From positions 32,021-96,020 of IMG/VR virus record IMGVR_UViG_3300047471_000616: a DNA stretch of 64,000 bases. One strand, written 5' to 3'. The notes beneath the pieces were generated by a model, which had not been told where the DNA came from, did no database searches, and worked only from the letters and a program-made list of their open reading frames with translations. Of the stretch, positions 1-9,239 are shown in pieces; position 1 is the stretch's first letter; every line of letters starts with the position of its first letter. This DNA is from a virus. Both the position numbers and the translations under genes were made by a program.

Positions 1-1
1 C

Positions 2-160
2 CTTGTTAAGGAAACAGTGTATGCCGCAGCTACCCACTCCATTGCCATCGAAAAGGATTGGACCGTGAGGTGGGTGCATTCAGGCCCACTATATTTCTTC
101 AGCAATTTCTGGTTTGCCCATGCCCACGTACAGCACCGTAACGATCTGGTGCAGTCATGA
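2..160 (+). CDS. partial small protein (5' end outside window), FxN[FY]W paralogue family
   Basis: Frame 2 is open from the window start (LVKETVYAAATHSIAIEKDWTVRWVHSGPLYFFSNFWFAHAHVQHRNDLVQS*). Its TGA overlaps the ATG of the next gene, and the C-terminal motif matches 157..411. Confidence 0.7.
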   Translation, partial: LVKETVYAAATHSIAIEKDWTVRWVHSGPLYFFSNFWFAHAHVQHRNDLVQS

Positions 161-411
161 AACCGCTGACCCAAGATGAACTGTGGTTGCTGGATCAAAA
201 GGTGGCTGAAGGTGAGACCGTAAAGTTGTGGCTGGTTTGGGATGGACCGGACGGTTACATAACGGCTCTTCGTTTGGTGGCACCGCAATTGGCGTATGTG
301 AATGATAACCCTAAACCGATGGCCAATGTAACCCTAGAAAGTCTTACTGGTTATTATAGTTTCTTTACCAATTACTGGCACGCCTATGCTCATAACCTGA
401 AGCAGTCATGA
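157..411 (+). CDS. hypothetical protein, FxNYWHAYA paralogue family
   Basis: ATGA coupling with the upstream ORF; C-terminal FFTNYWHAYAH shared with 2..160 and 5233..5517. Confidence 0.75.
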   Translation: MKPLTQDELWLLDQKVAEGETVKLWLVWDGPDGYITALRLVAPQLAYVNDNPKPMANVTLESLTGYYSFFTNYWHAYAHNLKQS

Positions 412-420
412 GGGAGTCAG

Positions 421-1821
421 ATGCTACTAACCTCCTTGGCTGAAAATCTGCTCACAGTGCTTGCCTTTGACCCCGAAAGGGCACCCATTGTCCGTGCGGT
501 GATTGGCCCTGAACTGTTTGGTGGACCCTACAGATTATTGGCAGCCCGCATCTATGACTACCTGGACACTTTCAAGAAACCGCCTGGGGATCATCTACCT
601 GATTTGCTCAGTGACAAGCTTGAGGGCAAGGCTGCAGAAGCAGGCTATTACGCTGAGATCATTGAAAGCCTGCATGCTTCCAGGGAGCACATCAACGCTG
701 CCTATGTCATGGCGTCGCTGGAAACTTTTGTCAAAAGACAATCCATGCGCAGCATCGCCATTGACCTGCAAAAGGCTTTGCAGCGGGACACTGAAGAGGG
801 GCTTGAGGAAGCTGAGCGGCTGATAGCCGGTGCCAACCACGTCAGCCTGAGTGTCTTTGACCCCGGTACCCGTCTGTCAGACAAGAAAAAGGCACTGGAG
901 TTCCTGGACATAGGTGACGACTCATTTCCCACCGGGATCAAGGAGCTGGATGATCGTGGCTTCGGCCCGGTGCGCAAGGAGCTATGGCTGTTCATAGGCA
1001 ATGCCAAGGCCGGGAAGTCATGGGCGTTGGGGCAATTGGCCAAGTCGGCTTTAAGGCACCGCTACCGGGTAGTGCATATCACCCTGGAAATGAGTGAGAA
1101 GCGCACTTCGCAACGCTACTTCCAGTCGTTGTTTGCCATGGCCAAGCGCAAGGATGAATTTGAAATCACCAGGTTTCAGCGTGACAGCCTCAACCGGATC
1201 AACGGCTTTGACAGTAAAAAATCCAAGCCTGCGCTGTCCATGGATGACCCTCACATCCGCAAGAAACTGGAACGCAGGATTGACCGCTGGTCCGCCAGGT
1301 TGCTGGACAACATCATAGTCAAGGAATTTCCTACCGGTCACCTGACCGTGCTGCAGCTTCGCGCCTACCTGGACAATCTTGAGGCCAGTGAGAAGTTTGT
1401 ACCTGACCTGCTAATTGTGGATTACCCCGACCTGATGAAGCTGGACAAGGACAATTACAGATTGGCCCTGGATGAAGTGTTCAAGGAGCTGCGCGGGCTG
1501 GCGAAGCAGCGTAACATAGCCCTGGCAGTGGTCAGCCAATCCCATAGAAGTGCGGCCAAATCCAAGCAGGTAGGCATAGAAAATGTGGCTGAAGCCTACA
1601 GCAAAATAGCCCACGCCGACGTGGTGCTCACCTATAGCCAGACCCCGGCCGAGAACAAGCTGGGGCTGGCACGGCTGCATGTGGCAGCGGGTAGAAATGA
1701 TCGTGATAAATTTACTATCGTGATCTCACAGGCGTACAATACGGGACAGTTCGTTGTAGATTCCAGCCTCATGAGAGGCACATATTGGCAGAACCTGCCA
1801 GCTGGAGAGGAGGAACCATGA
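421..1821 (+). CDS. dnaB: DnaB-like replicative helicase
   Basis: Walker A GNAKAGKS, ITLEMS, LLIVDYPDLM, VVSQSHR; SD GAGGGAG. Confidence 0.9.
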   Translation: MLLTSLAENLLTVLAFDPERAPIVRAVIGPELFGGPYRLLAARIYDYLDTFKKPPGDHLPDLLSDKLEGKAAEAGYYAEIIESLHASREHINAAYVMASLETFVKRQSMRSIAIDLQKALQRDTEEGLEEAERLIAGANHVSLSVFDPGTRLSDKKKALEFLDIGDDSFPTGIKELDDRGFGPVRKELWLFIGNAKAGKSWALGQLAKSALRHRYRVVHITLEMSEKRTSQRYFQSLFAMAKRKDEFEITRFQRDSLNRINGFDSKKSKPALSMDDPHIRKKLERRIDRWSARLLDNIIVKEFPTGHLTVLQLRAYLDNLEASEKFVPDLLIVDYPDLMKLDKDNYRLALDEVFKELRGLAKQRNIALAVVSQSHRSAAKSKQVGIENVAEAYSKIAHADVVLTYSQTPAENKLGLARLHVAAGRNDRDKFTIVISQAYNTGQFVVDSSLMRGTYWQNLPAGEEEP

Positions 1822-2216
1822 GCGACATTGTGGAGCGGCTGCGTGACTCAAACATGCCGGATGTTCACGTTTGGATACGTCGGGGCTTGGAGGCCGCCGA
1901 CGAGATCGAGCGGCTACGGGCGGCAATCAGGGACTGTGCCCATAACTTGGGAAATGAGTTGTCGGCGACCTACGAGAGCACTGATGCTGTTATGAATAAG
2001 GTGGCCGCCGAGATCGTACACCTGCGGCGAAGGGTGCACTCAGCAGAGGCCGAGATCGAGCGTTGGAAAAATCTATACGACGCGGAAATCAACCGCGTGC
2101 TTGCTATGGAAATCGAGACCGAGCGGCTGAAGGAGGCGCTTAAACAGCGGGACGAAGATCACGCCATCATAACTCGCGACTTACGCTCCGAGATCGAGCG
2201 GCTGCGGGGAAAATAA
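1818..2216 (+). CDS. coiled-coil protein with repeated EIERL motif
   Basis: Start at ATG 1818 after AGGAGG; MSDIVERLR...AADEIERLR, a common small phage protein type. Confidence 0.7.
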   Translation: MSDIVERLRDSNMPDVHVWIRRGLEAADEIERLRAAIRDCAHNLGNELSATYESTDAVMNKVAAEIVHLRRRVHSAEAEIERWKNLYDAEINRVLAMEIETERLKEALKQRDEDHAIITRDLRSEIERLRGK

Positions 2217-2217
2217 C

Positions 2218-3765
2218 ATGATCTCTAAGCAGGCAGTCAGGGAGTTTCTAGCCAGGGACTTGGGATCCCACGACTGGCTTAAAACCATACCGATTGAGAA
2301 GCTTGACGCTGAATTGAAGATGCTCAAGCCCAGGCCGAACTTCAACGGTATCAATCTTTGGGCACATCAAAAAGCAGGACTTTTATTGGCCCTGGAACTC
2401 AAGCGGTTCATGTATTTCTGGGACATGGGCGGCGGTAAGACCCTGCTATCCTTGGCCCTGCTGAAGTACCTGAAGCAGCGTGGTGAGCGACCCAGGGCCA
2501 TTGTCTTTGTACCCTACATCACCAGTGTTGACACCTGGGTTGAGGAAGTGGCCAAACACGCCCCCGACCTGCATTGTGTAGCATTGTTGGGTAGTACCGC
2601 CGAAAACCTTGACCGCTTGCAAAATAGAGACGCCGACCTGTTTGTGATCTGCTATCAATCGGCCGTGGCCATGGTCAGTTACCCGGTGAAGACCAAAAAG
2701 GGCAAAGGGAAGTGGGACATCAATGCTACCCAGATCAGGGATTACTTCAAAGGTTTCAATATCCTGATCTGTGACGAAATCCACCGCTGCAAGAACCACA
2801 CGGCGCTGACCTACCGTATGTGCAGGGCCATTTCCTCTACCAGTGAATACGTTCTGGGGCTGACCGGGACGCCGTTTGGCCGCGACATGCAGGACCTCTG
2901 GCCGCAGTTCAACCTGATTGACTTTGGTGAGACACTAGGCCCGACGCTTGGGCTGTACCGCAGTGCTTTCTTCACTGAGAAGAAAAACTATTGGGGTGGC
3001 TTTGATTACATCTTCAAGAAACAGCTAATGCCGGACCTGCAGCGCATCATCAAGCATAGGAGCATCAGGTACACCATCGATGAATTTGCCGACATGCCCA
3101 GCAAGGAGTACTGTCGGCGCTTGCTTAGCCTCCCTGCTGACAGTGCAGGCTACGTGGCCAAGGCCCTGGTTAATCTACGGGATGCCGTGAAGGGCAAACA
3201 GTACCGGCAGGTTGAGTCCAGCTACCTGCAGCTTCGCCAGCTATCATCAGGCTTTATGACACTAAAGGGGGAAGACAATGACAAGATACAGGTCCAGTTT
3301 GACGACAACCCAAAGCTTGAGGCGGTTGTCCAGCATATTGAAGATATGCCACATGGCAGCAAGGCAGTTATCTTCCATCATTTTGTTTATAGTAACGGTG
3401 TCCTTGCTGACCGCCTTTCTAGAATGGGGGTTCCGTGCGCCCGCATCTGGAGCGGTCAAAAAGACCCTATTGGTGAACTACGAAGGTTCAGGGAAGACCC
3501 TGACTGTAAGGTGATGGTGCTGAACTGGCGCAGTGGGTCCAGTTCGCTGAACCTGCAACACGCCAACTACATGATTGTCTATGAGCAGCCGGACTCACCC
3601 ATTGACCGCAAACAGGGCGAAGCCAGGCTGTGGCGGCCAGGGCAGGCCCAACGGGTGTGGATTTATGATCTACTGGTCAAGTACACGGCGGATCAGCGCA
3701 TGCACGCTGCCAACTTGGCAGGCAAAAGTTTGCTGGAAGAACTACTCAACGGAGGTGAACTATGA
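2218..3765 (+). CDS. SNF2-family (SF2) helicase
   Basis: WDMGGGKT, CDEIH, GLTGTP, SLNLQ, QGEARLWRPGQ. Confidence 0.9.
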   Translation: MISKQAVREFLARDLGSHDWLKTIPIEKLDAELKMLKPRPNFNGINLWAHQKAGLLLALELKRFMYFWDMGGGKTLLSLALLKYLKQRGERPRAIVFVPYITSVDTWVEEVAKHAPDLHCVALLGSTAENLDRLQNRDADLFVICYQSAVAMVSYPVKTKKGKGKWDINATQIRDYFKGFNILICDEIHRCKNHTALTYRMCRAISSTSEYVLGLTGTPFGRDMQDLWPQFNLIDFGETLGPTLGLYRSAFFTEKKNYWGGFDYIFKKQLMPDLQRIIKHRSIRYTIDEFADMPSKEYCRRLLSLPADSAGYVAKALVNLRDAVKGKQYRQVESSYLQLRQLSSGFMTLKGEDNDKIQVQFDDNPKLEAVVQHIEDMPHGSKAVIFHHFVYSNGVLADRLSRMGVPCARIWSGQKDPIGELRRFREDPDCKVMVLNWRSGSSSLNLQHANYMIVYEQPDSPIDRKQGEARLWRPGQAQRVWIYDLLVKYTADQRMHAANLAGKSLLEELLNGGEL

Positions 3766-3920
3766 AGATAGACATCTACATGGACCATGTGATCATCGAA
3801 GGCCAAACCATCAGGCGGCCCAGCTACATCAGCAGGGGACATTGGATGCAGTGGTGGGAAACTACCACTGCTTTCAAGCAGAAGTACTGCAAATACTGCG
3901 GGATGACGGCTAAGGCATGA
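3762..3920 (+). CDS. small hypothetical protein (52 aa, not in ORF track)
   Basis: MKIDIYMDHVIIEGQTIRRPSYISRGHWMQWW...CKYCGMTAKA; SD GGAGGTG; ATGA overlap with the helicase stop. Confidence 0.6.
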   Translation: MKIDIYMDHVIIEGQTIRRPSYISRGHWMQWWETTTAFKQKYCKYCGMTAKA

Positions 3921-3924
3921 GCAC

Positions 3925-4296
3925 ATGAGAAGAGATATATCAAGGGTCAGGGCACTCAACTGTCTACTTCATGATAACTTTGTCATAAAAGAAAATAAGA
4001 GCAAATTGAGTGTATTCGAAGAGAGTGGTATCAACTACGGACATGATCAGTGGTATGATTTTATCTCAGAAAATTACATTGATTGGAAAAGGGTTTCAGA
4101 GGCCACAGATGCAGAGCTGTTGTGCATACCAAACTTTGGCGGGAAAAGCCTTATGTATATACAAAAAGTGCTAAGGCAGAAGGGGTACGAGACAGCCCCT
4201 GTACCGGCAAAACGCAAACCCCACTACCAGAAACTGGGGCGCATATTCTGCCCTCACTGTGGCGAACATATCAACCTACACACCTACCACTCATGA
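3925..4296 (+). CDS. RNA polymerase alpha-CTD-like domain protein
   Basis: SRVRALNCL ... TDAELLCIPNFGGKSLMYIQKVL matches the alpha-CTD pattern (SVRxxNCL...TEAELLxxPNFGxKSL); C-terminal CPHCG. Confidence 0.7.
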   Translation: MRRDISRVRALNCLLHDNFVIKENKSKLSVFEESGINYGHDQWYDFISENYIDWKRVSEATDAELLCIPNFGGKSLMYIQKVLRQKGYETAPVPAKRKPHYQKLGRIFCPHCGEHINLHTYHS

Positions 4297-5246
4297 ACTG
4301 GCAAGACTTCCTCACTGACAATCAGATAGAATGGGTTTCACGCGGGCCTAATACGGCCCGTGGTGAGATCAGCATTCAGTGTCCGTGGTGCGGCGATGAA
4401 GACCCCAGCCAACACCTGGGCATCAATCTGTCCAAGGGAAGCTGGGGTTGCCTGCGCAACCCTGAGCATCGCGGCCATTCAGCCACCTACCTGATTGGCA
4501 CCCTGCTCAGGTGTTCGCAACACCAGGCCAGAATCATAGTCGATCAGTACAGTAGAAGCGATCCGGACCAGATTGACACCAGTGACATACCAGAAGTTGG
4601 TGAGGACTGGTTCAAGAAAGCTAAATTGGTTGAACCACCTGAAGTGCTACCAACTCTACGCGCGATTGAGGCTACAGGGAGCACGGCCAAGTTCTGGCAA
4701 TATTTGCTGGTCAGGGGCTTTAACCCAGATGCCGTAATCAGGCAGTACAAGCTCCAATGCTGTATGGTGGACCGCTACAAGGACCGGCTGATCATACCGC
4801 TGTATCAGCGCAAGGCACTGATTGCCTGGACCGGCCGTGCTCTTGGTACCCCAGTAACCGCACCACGCTACCTCAGCTCCAAGCGGGTCAAGGAGACCAT
4901 TTTCAATGAGGACGACCTGATGCAGGGCGGCAGGTTGTTGTTCATCACTGAGGGGCCGTTCGACGCCATGAAGCTGGACTATCACGGCCTTGAACAGGGG
5001 GTGCGGGCCACCTGCACCTTCGGCACCAGCATACCCATTGAACAGCTGGTGCTGTTGAACAGCCGAAGAGCCCGCTTCGATAAAACCGTTATACTGTTCG
5101 ACCGTGATGCGGTAGAGCCTGCTTTCATAGCCAAGGAGTGGCTGCCGTCATCTACTGTGACGGTAGGGCAGCTGCCTGAGGGGGTCAAAGACCCAGGGGA
5201 ACTATCCAGGGAGCAAATTCAGGAGTTGATCAATGGACAGACCTGA
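4293..5246 (+). CDS. DNA primase (Zn finger + TOPRIM)
   Basis: CPWC...GC Zn finger, RLIIP, ITEGPFDA, FDRDA, KDPGE. True start is likely ATG 4293 (ATGA overlap). Confidence 0.88.
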   Translation: MNWQDFLTDNQIEWVSRGPNTARGEISIQCPWCGDEDPSQHLGINLSKGSWGCLRNPEHRGHSATYLIGTLLRCSQHQARIIVDQYSRSDPDQIDTSDIPEVGEDWFKKAKLVEPPEVLPTLRAIEATGSTAKFWQYLLVRGFNPDAVIRQYKLQCCMVDRYKDRLIIPLYQRKALIAWTGRALGTPVTAPRYLSSKRVKETIFNEDDLMQGGRLLFITEGPFDAMKLDYHGLEQGVRATCTFGTSIPIEQLVLLNSRRARFDKTVILFDRDAVEPAFIAKEWLPSSTVTVGQLPEGVKDPGELSREQIQELINGQT

Positions 5247-5517
5247 AGGTGCTGTGACGCCTGAAGAGCTTGAGGCTTTGTTGGATAAGCACAACAAGGT
5301 AAGGGTCTATATGGTGTACCCCCGTGAAATATGGGATTACTTTTGTAAGGACCCTGGTCGCCACCCCAAGTATTGGTGCATTGGGCCTGAAGGAGTAGAA
5401 TATAATTTGGATTGGAATGGCGTGTGTTATGGAATGAAGCATTGGCCCGATCACCACATATTCGTAAACTACTGGCATTTCTATGCATACGAACTCAAAC
5501 AGAGGAGAGCAAAGTGA
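5233..5517 (+). CDS. hypothetical protein, FxNYWH paralogue family
   Basis: SD AGGAG; C-terminal IFVNYWHFYAY. Confidence 0.7.
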   Translation: MDRPEGAVTPEELEALLDKHNKVRVYMVYPREIWDYFCKDPGRHPKYWCIGPEGVEYNLDWNGVCYGMKHWPDHHIFVNYWHFYAYELKQRRAK

Positions 5518-6323
5518 GTGAGATTGAGGCAGAACTGGTCAAGCTTTTGAAGTTCAAGAAACACCCTGATGACTACGAGGACCGGCAGGAGTACCTGACG
5601 GCATTAGCCGAAGCCGTGGATGGGGTTAAGGACGACACTACATTTGATAAGATGACTGAGCCTACCTATGACTGGCTGCAGGACGCAGTTGAGGCCAGGA
5701 ACAAGAAACGGGAGATAGAGGATTTCCCTGACGCAGAACCGGAGGAGGTTGAGGATGCCAGCGAGGACGATGGAGCAGTTGAGGATGCTGAAGGTAGCGA
5801 ACCCACCGAAGTGGATGCGGAAACGCCTGAAGAAACGCCTGAAGAAACACCTGAGGAAGGAGTTGCAGAGGGAGAGGAGACAGAACAACAACTTGAAGAA
5901 GTTGGTGAGGAACCAACTTCAGAAGATGTTCAGCCTGGCGATGGACAACCAGTATCTGATGCGCCACCTGCAACAAAGAAGCACAAAAACCCCAGGAAAG
6001 GGTCGGGCGGCAGGTACCTCAGGAAGAAAAAGGGTAAACCGGACATCCAGCCGAAGCACAAGCCGGGCCACGAGCCGGACTACACGAAAATAACCGGCAA
6101 GAAAGACCGCTACGGCGTCACCGAGGGCACCAAGGTCAGCATGGCTCTGAAGATGCTGGAAAAGGGCTGTACCATGCGCGACGTGCAGCTTGAACTGGGC
6201 GACACCCAGTACAACATGCTGCGGAAGCTGCACAAGCAAGGGCACCGGATTGACAAGCTGGAGAACAAAGTCCTCAAACTTATTCACAAGGACGATGTGG
6301 GAAAGAAGGTGAAGGGCAAATGA
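5514..6323 (+). CDS. acidic/basic protein with probable C-terminal HTH
   Basis: GTG start after GAGGAG; Glu-rich linker, Lys-rich segment, then an HTH-like GCTMRDVQLELGDTQYNMLRKL. Confidence 0.65.
   Translation: MSEIEAELVKLLKFKKHPDDYEDRQEYLTALAEAVDGVKDDTTFDKMTEPTYDWLQDAVEARNKKREIEDFPDAEPEEVEDASEDDGAVEDAEGSEPTEVDAETPEETPEETPEEGVAEGEETEQQLEEVGEEPTSEDVQPGDGQPVSDAPPATKKHKNPRKGSGGRYLRKKKGKPDIQPKHKPGHEPDYTKITGKKDRYGVTEGTKVSMALKMLEKGCTMRDVQLELGDTQYNMLRKLHKQGHRIDKLENKVLKLIHKDDVGKKVKGK
5820..5855 (+). repeat. 12-nt tandem repeat x3 (ETPE)
   Basis: gaaacgcctgaa gaaacgcctgaa gaaacacctgag. Confidence 0.8.
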
Positions 6324-6538
6324 CCGACCCCTTTGACTTGAAAGCACCACTGGTCACGGCCCTGTCGGCGAACGTTTACTCCGATGGGGTGAGGCTTAGC
6401 TTTGGTGAAGCCCTCCCTGCCGCTGGTAAGTCAACTTATCATACAGCAGTCTTCATACCTGCCAGGCTCTTTGTGGAGCTCAGGAAGCTGATCACCAACA
6501 TAGAGCCCAAATTGGCTGAGATGAAAGATGCTGTATAA
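6320..6538 (+). CDS. hypothetical protein
   Basis: Coupled ORF (ATGA overlap); 72 aa. Confidence 0.6.
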   Translation: MTDPFDLKAPLVTALSANVYSDGVRLSFGEALPAAGKSTYHTAVFIPARLFVELRKLITNIEPKLAEMKDAV

Positions 6539-7442
6539 AACCAAAGGCCCGTCAGGGAAAGTTATGCATAGAACCAGGCCCCTCCTTATCTCCGCTAAGG
6601 AGGGGTATTCACGTCCGGCACCGGGCAAAGCTTGGTTTCAGACTACCACCACTGTCTGGCGCGTGGATGAACTGATCCGCAGGCGGGTCAGGGACTGGCG
6701 CAGGTTGCTGGGGGAAACCGGCCATACCGGCACCCGCACTGAAACCATGAGAGCAGATCATGATAGTGTTTATACCGGTACTCACAGCGTATTCCCTGCT
6801 CCTTTGGTTGAGTGGGTACTGCTTCGCTACGGACCACCCGGCGGTCGCATTCTTGATGCTTTTGCTGGCGGCCCTCCTCGGGCCGTTGTGTCGGCCATTA
6901 TGGGCTACGAGTACGTCGGCTTCGAAATCAGGCAGGAGCAGATAGATGAAAACAAGTCCACGCTTGCTGATCTGCACCTTAGTGGTGGCAGCTTTATTCT
7001 CGGTGACGGCTGCGTACTCGGCAAAGATGTTGGCCTATTTGATATGGCATTGACTTGCCCACCTTACTGGAACTTGGAAACGTACAGTGATCTGCCCAAC
7101 GACCTCAGCAACCTGAAGACTTACAGTAGGTTTAATTCAGCCATGTTAGATTGCGCTCACGCACATCGTAAGCACATGAAGCCGGGTGCCTTTGTCTGCA
7201 TCGTGGTTGGACCGTTCAGGGATAAGAAAACTGGTGAGTTGATTGATTTCCCGGCGCACACAGTCCAGAACTTTCAGGCTGCCGATTTCATCTATTGGCA
7301 GCAGATTGTGCTGTCAAAGAATTTTGCTTCAGCTGCTAAACGCTCTACCAATGCCTGGCGCGGATTGAAGTTAGTACCGGCGCACGAATTCTTATTGGTG
7401 TTCAAAACTCCTGGTGAGAAATCAAATGTCAGAAGCAAATGA
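6528..7442 (+). CDS. DNA amino-methyltransferase (m6A/m4C)
   Basis: SAM-binding ILDAFAGG followed by catalytic TCPPY; HEFLLVF near the C-terminus. Confidence 0.85.
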   Translation: MLYKTKGPSGKVMHRTRPLLISAKEGYSRPAPGKAWFQTTTTVWRVDELIRRRVRDWRRLLGETGHTGTRTETMRADHDSVYTGTHSVFPAPLVEWVLLRYGPPGGRILDAFAGGPPRAVVSAIMGYEYVGFEIRQEQIDENKSTLADLHLSGGSFILGDGCVLGKDVGLFDMALTCPPYWNLETYSDLPNDLSNLKTYSRFNSAMLDCAHAHRKHMKPGAFVCIVVGPFRDKKTGELIDFPAHTVQNFQAADFIYWQQIVLSKNFASAAKRSTNAWRGLKLVPAHEFLLVFKTPGEKSNVRSK

Positions 7443-7987
7443 CGCTATCTCCTCCTCGTATTCAGGACACCCCAATGAGCCGTAAAAACAAGGAGGATTG
7501 GGGGCCAGGCCCCTGGCAGAATGAACCTGACGATAAGGATTGGGTTGACCCAGCCACCATGCTGGATTGTAAAATACTACGCGGCCCGTTTGGGGCTCTC
7601 TGCGGGTACGTTGGCGTACCGAAAGAGCACCCGGCTTATGGAATGAGCTACAGTTTTTATATAGAGGGCTATGTCGACGAAAATGTTGAGTGGTGGCGTA
7701 GGCACATCACCCATCGGGTAGAATACAAAATCATGGACATTGACGTGCACGGAGGGCTGACTTTCTCAGGCCCACACACAGACAGTGATCTTCACTGGTT
7801 CGGCTTTGATTGTTCACATGCCTTTGACTTTACCCCAGGATTACTTGACGGTGAGACTTTACAGCATATCCGCATGAAGGATGAAATTTACCGCGATATT
7901 GAATATGTCACCACGCAAGTCGAATCCTTGGCGAAGCAGCTGGCAGCAATAAAGAGGTTAGATGATGGACAGACAGGAACTAGTTAA
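7439..7987 (+). CDS. conserved phage hypothetical protein
   Basis: CGYVGVP..HP, VHGGLTF, WFGFDCSH motifs; start may be 7475. Confidence 0.7.
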   Translation: MTLSPPRIQDTPMSRKNKEDWGPGPWQNEPDDKDWVDPATMLDCKILRGPFGALCGYVGVPKEHPAYGMSYSFYIEGYVDENVEWWRRHITHRVEYKIMDIDVHGGLTFSGPHTDSDLHWFGFDCSHAFDFTPGLLDGETLQHIRMKDEIYRDIEYVTTQVESLAKQLAAIKRLDDGQTGTS

Positions 7988-8990
7988 GAAGCTTGGGCTG
8001 GTCAGCTTGGCGCTGGCCGACAATGACCTGATACCGATCCTTAAATGCTTCGCCTTCACCGGCGAAGATGTCATTGCCTGCAATGACACCTTGGGGGTAA
8101 CCACCCCCTGCCCCACCGAAGAAGCATTTTGTGTGCATGGGAAAACGCTCAAGGAGCTGCTTGAGAACAGTCATGCAGAAACGGTGGTCTTCAAGATTGA
8201 GGGTGACGACCTGGTGGTCAGGACCGGCAAATCCACCTTCAAGCTACCCTGGTTCCCGATTGAGGACTTTCTCTGGCTGGTGCCGGTTGACCTTGAGCCA
8301 ATCATGGAGCTTAATGAAGACCTTCTCATTGGGCTTGGTCAATGTTTGTCGACAGTCAGCAAGGACTACACACAACTGAAAATGATGGGGGTGCGCCTGC
8401 ACCAAGGCACTCTATACTCCAGTGATGGGGATGCTTTCACAAGGTATGTTACCGACACCAAGGTGACGGCAAAGGTGGACCGCCTGCTGCCAAACGATTT
8501 CTGTGCTTCGTTGATTAAAATAACAGAGCAGTCCGAGGCCAGTTCGGGTGAGATTTCCATCAATGACGAATGGGCAGCGGTAGAGTTGGACAGCGAATTC
8601 AGCATCTACGGTAGGCTGCTGGAAATTGACAACCCGCTTGACCACGAGGCGTTGATCAAGCGTACTCTGAAGGCCAAGCCACAATTCACCAAGGTGCCGG
8701 AGGGGCTGGATCACGCCCTTAGCAGGGCCAGGGTAGTGGCCGACCCTGAGTCCGCCAAAACCGTATTCACCATCAAAGGCGGCCGGTTGGGACTGCTGAC
8801 AACTGCCTCTATGGGTATCATAAAGGATAACTTGCCATTCAACGGCCATAGTGATGTGCAAGCTAACGTCTCGGCAGCACGTATCCAACGCTGCATCAGC
8901 CTGTGTGATGAAATGTCGGTCGCTGAGAACTGCTGCACGTTCCGCTCAGGCAGCAAGTTGTTTATCCTGGCATCAAATCTGGGAGAATAA
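7962..8990 (+). CDS. dnaN: DNA sliding clamp (Pol III beta-like)
   Basis: 342 aa; IPILKC, LYSSDG, YGRLL, ALSRA pattern of beta-clamps; a clamp loader lies nearby. Confidence 0.75.
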   Translation: MMDRQELVKKLGLVSLALADNDLIPILKCFAFTGEDVIACNDTLGVTTPCPTEEAFCVHGKTLKELLENSHAETVVFKIEGDDLVVRTGKSTFKLPWFPIEDFLWLVPVDLEPIMELNEDLLIGLGQCLSTVSKDYTQLKMMGVRLHQGTLYSSDGDAFTRYVTDTKVTAKVDRLLPNDFCASLIKITEQSEASSGEISINDEWAAVELDSEFSIYGRLLEIDNPLDHEALIKRTLKAKPQFTKVPEGLDHALSRARVVADPESAKTVFTIKGGRLGLLTTASMGIIKDNLPFNGHSDVQANVSAARIQRCISLCDEMSVAENCCTFRSGSKLFILASNLGE

Positions 8991-8991
8991 A

Positions 8992-9237
8992 ATGCAGGAC
9001 AGATTGAGGAATGCAAGACTGCATACATTCCAACAGCCTAAGGGGGCGTGCGCTGAATGCGGCGGGCGCGTTGTCTGCGATAGAACAACTAATTTGAATG
9101 GTGGCAGGACAATAGTTTCAAAAAAGTACTGTCTTGATTGTGGCATCCATCCAATTCCCTGGTGGAAACGGCTGAGCCCAACTGAAAGGATGATGCATTT
9201 CTTGCGTGTTGGTAAGTACGACCCAAGCAGGAGGTAG
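8992..9237 (+). CDS. small Zn-ribbon protein
   Basis: CAECGG...YCLDCG; ATG 8992 after GGAG. Confidence 0.6.
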   Translation: MQDRLRNARLHTFQQPKGACAECGGRVVCDRTTNLNGGRTIVSKKYCLDCGIHPIPWWKRLSPTERMMHFLRVGKYDPSRR

Positions 9238-9239
9238 CC

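Noticed and set aside
5263-5283. 20/21-nt match to 47567-47587 on the opposite strand (both encode EELEALL)
   Set aside because: Short, encodes a common helical peptide, and the flanks do not align; chance is plausible.
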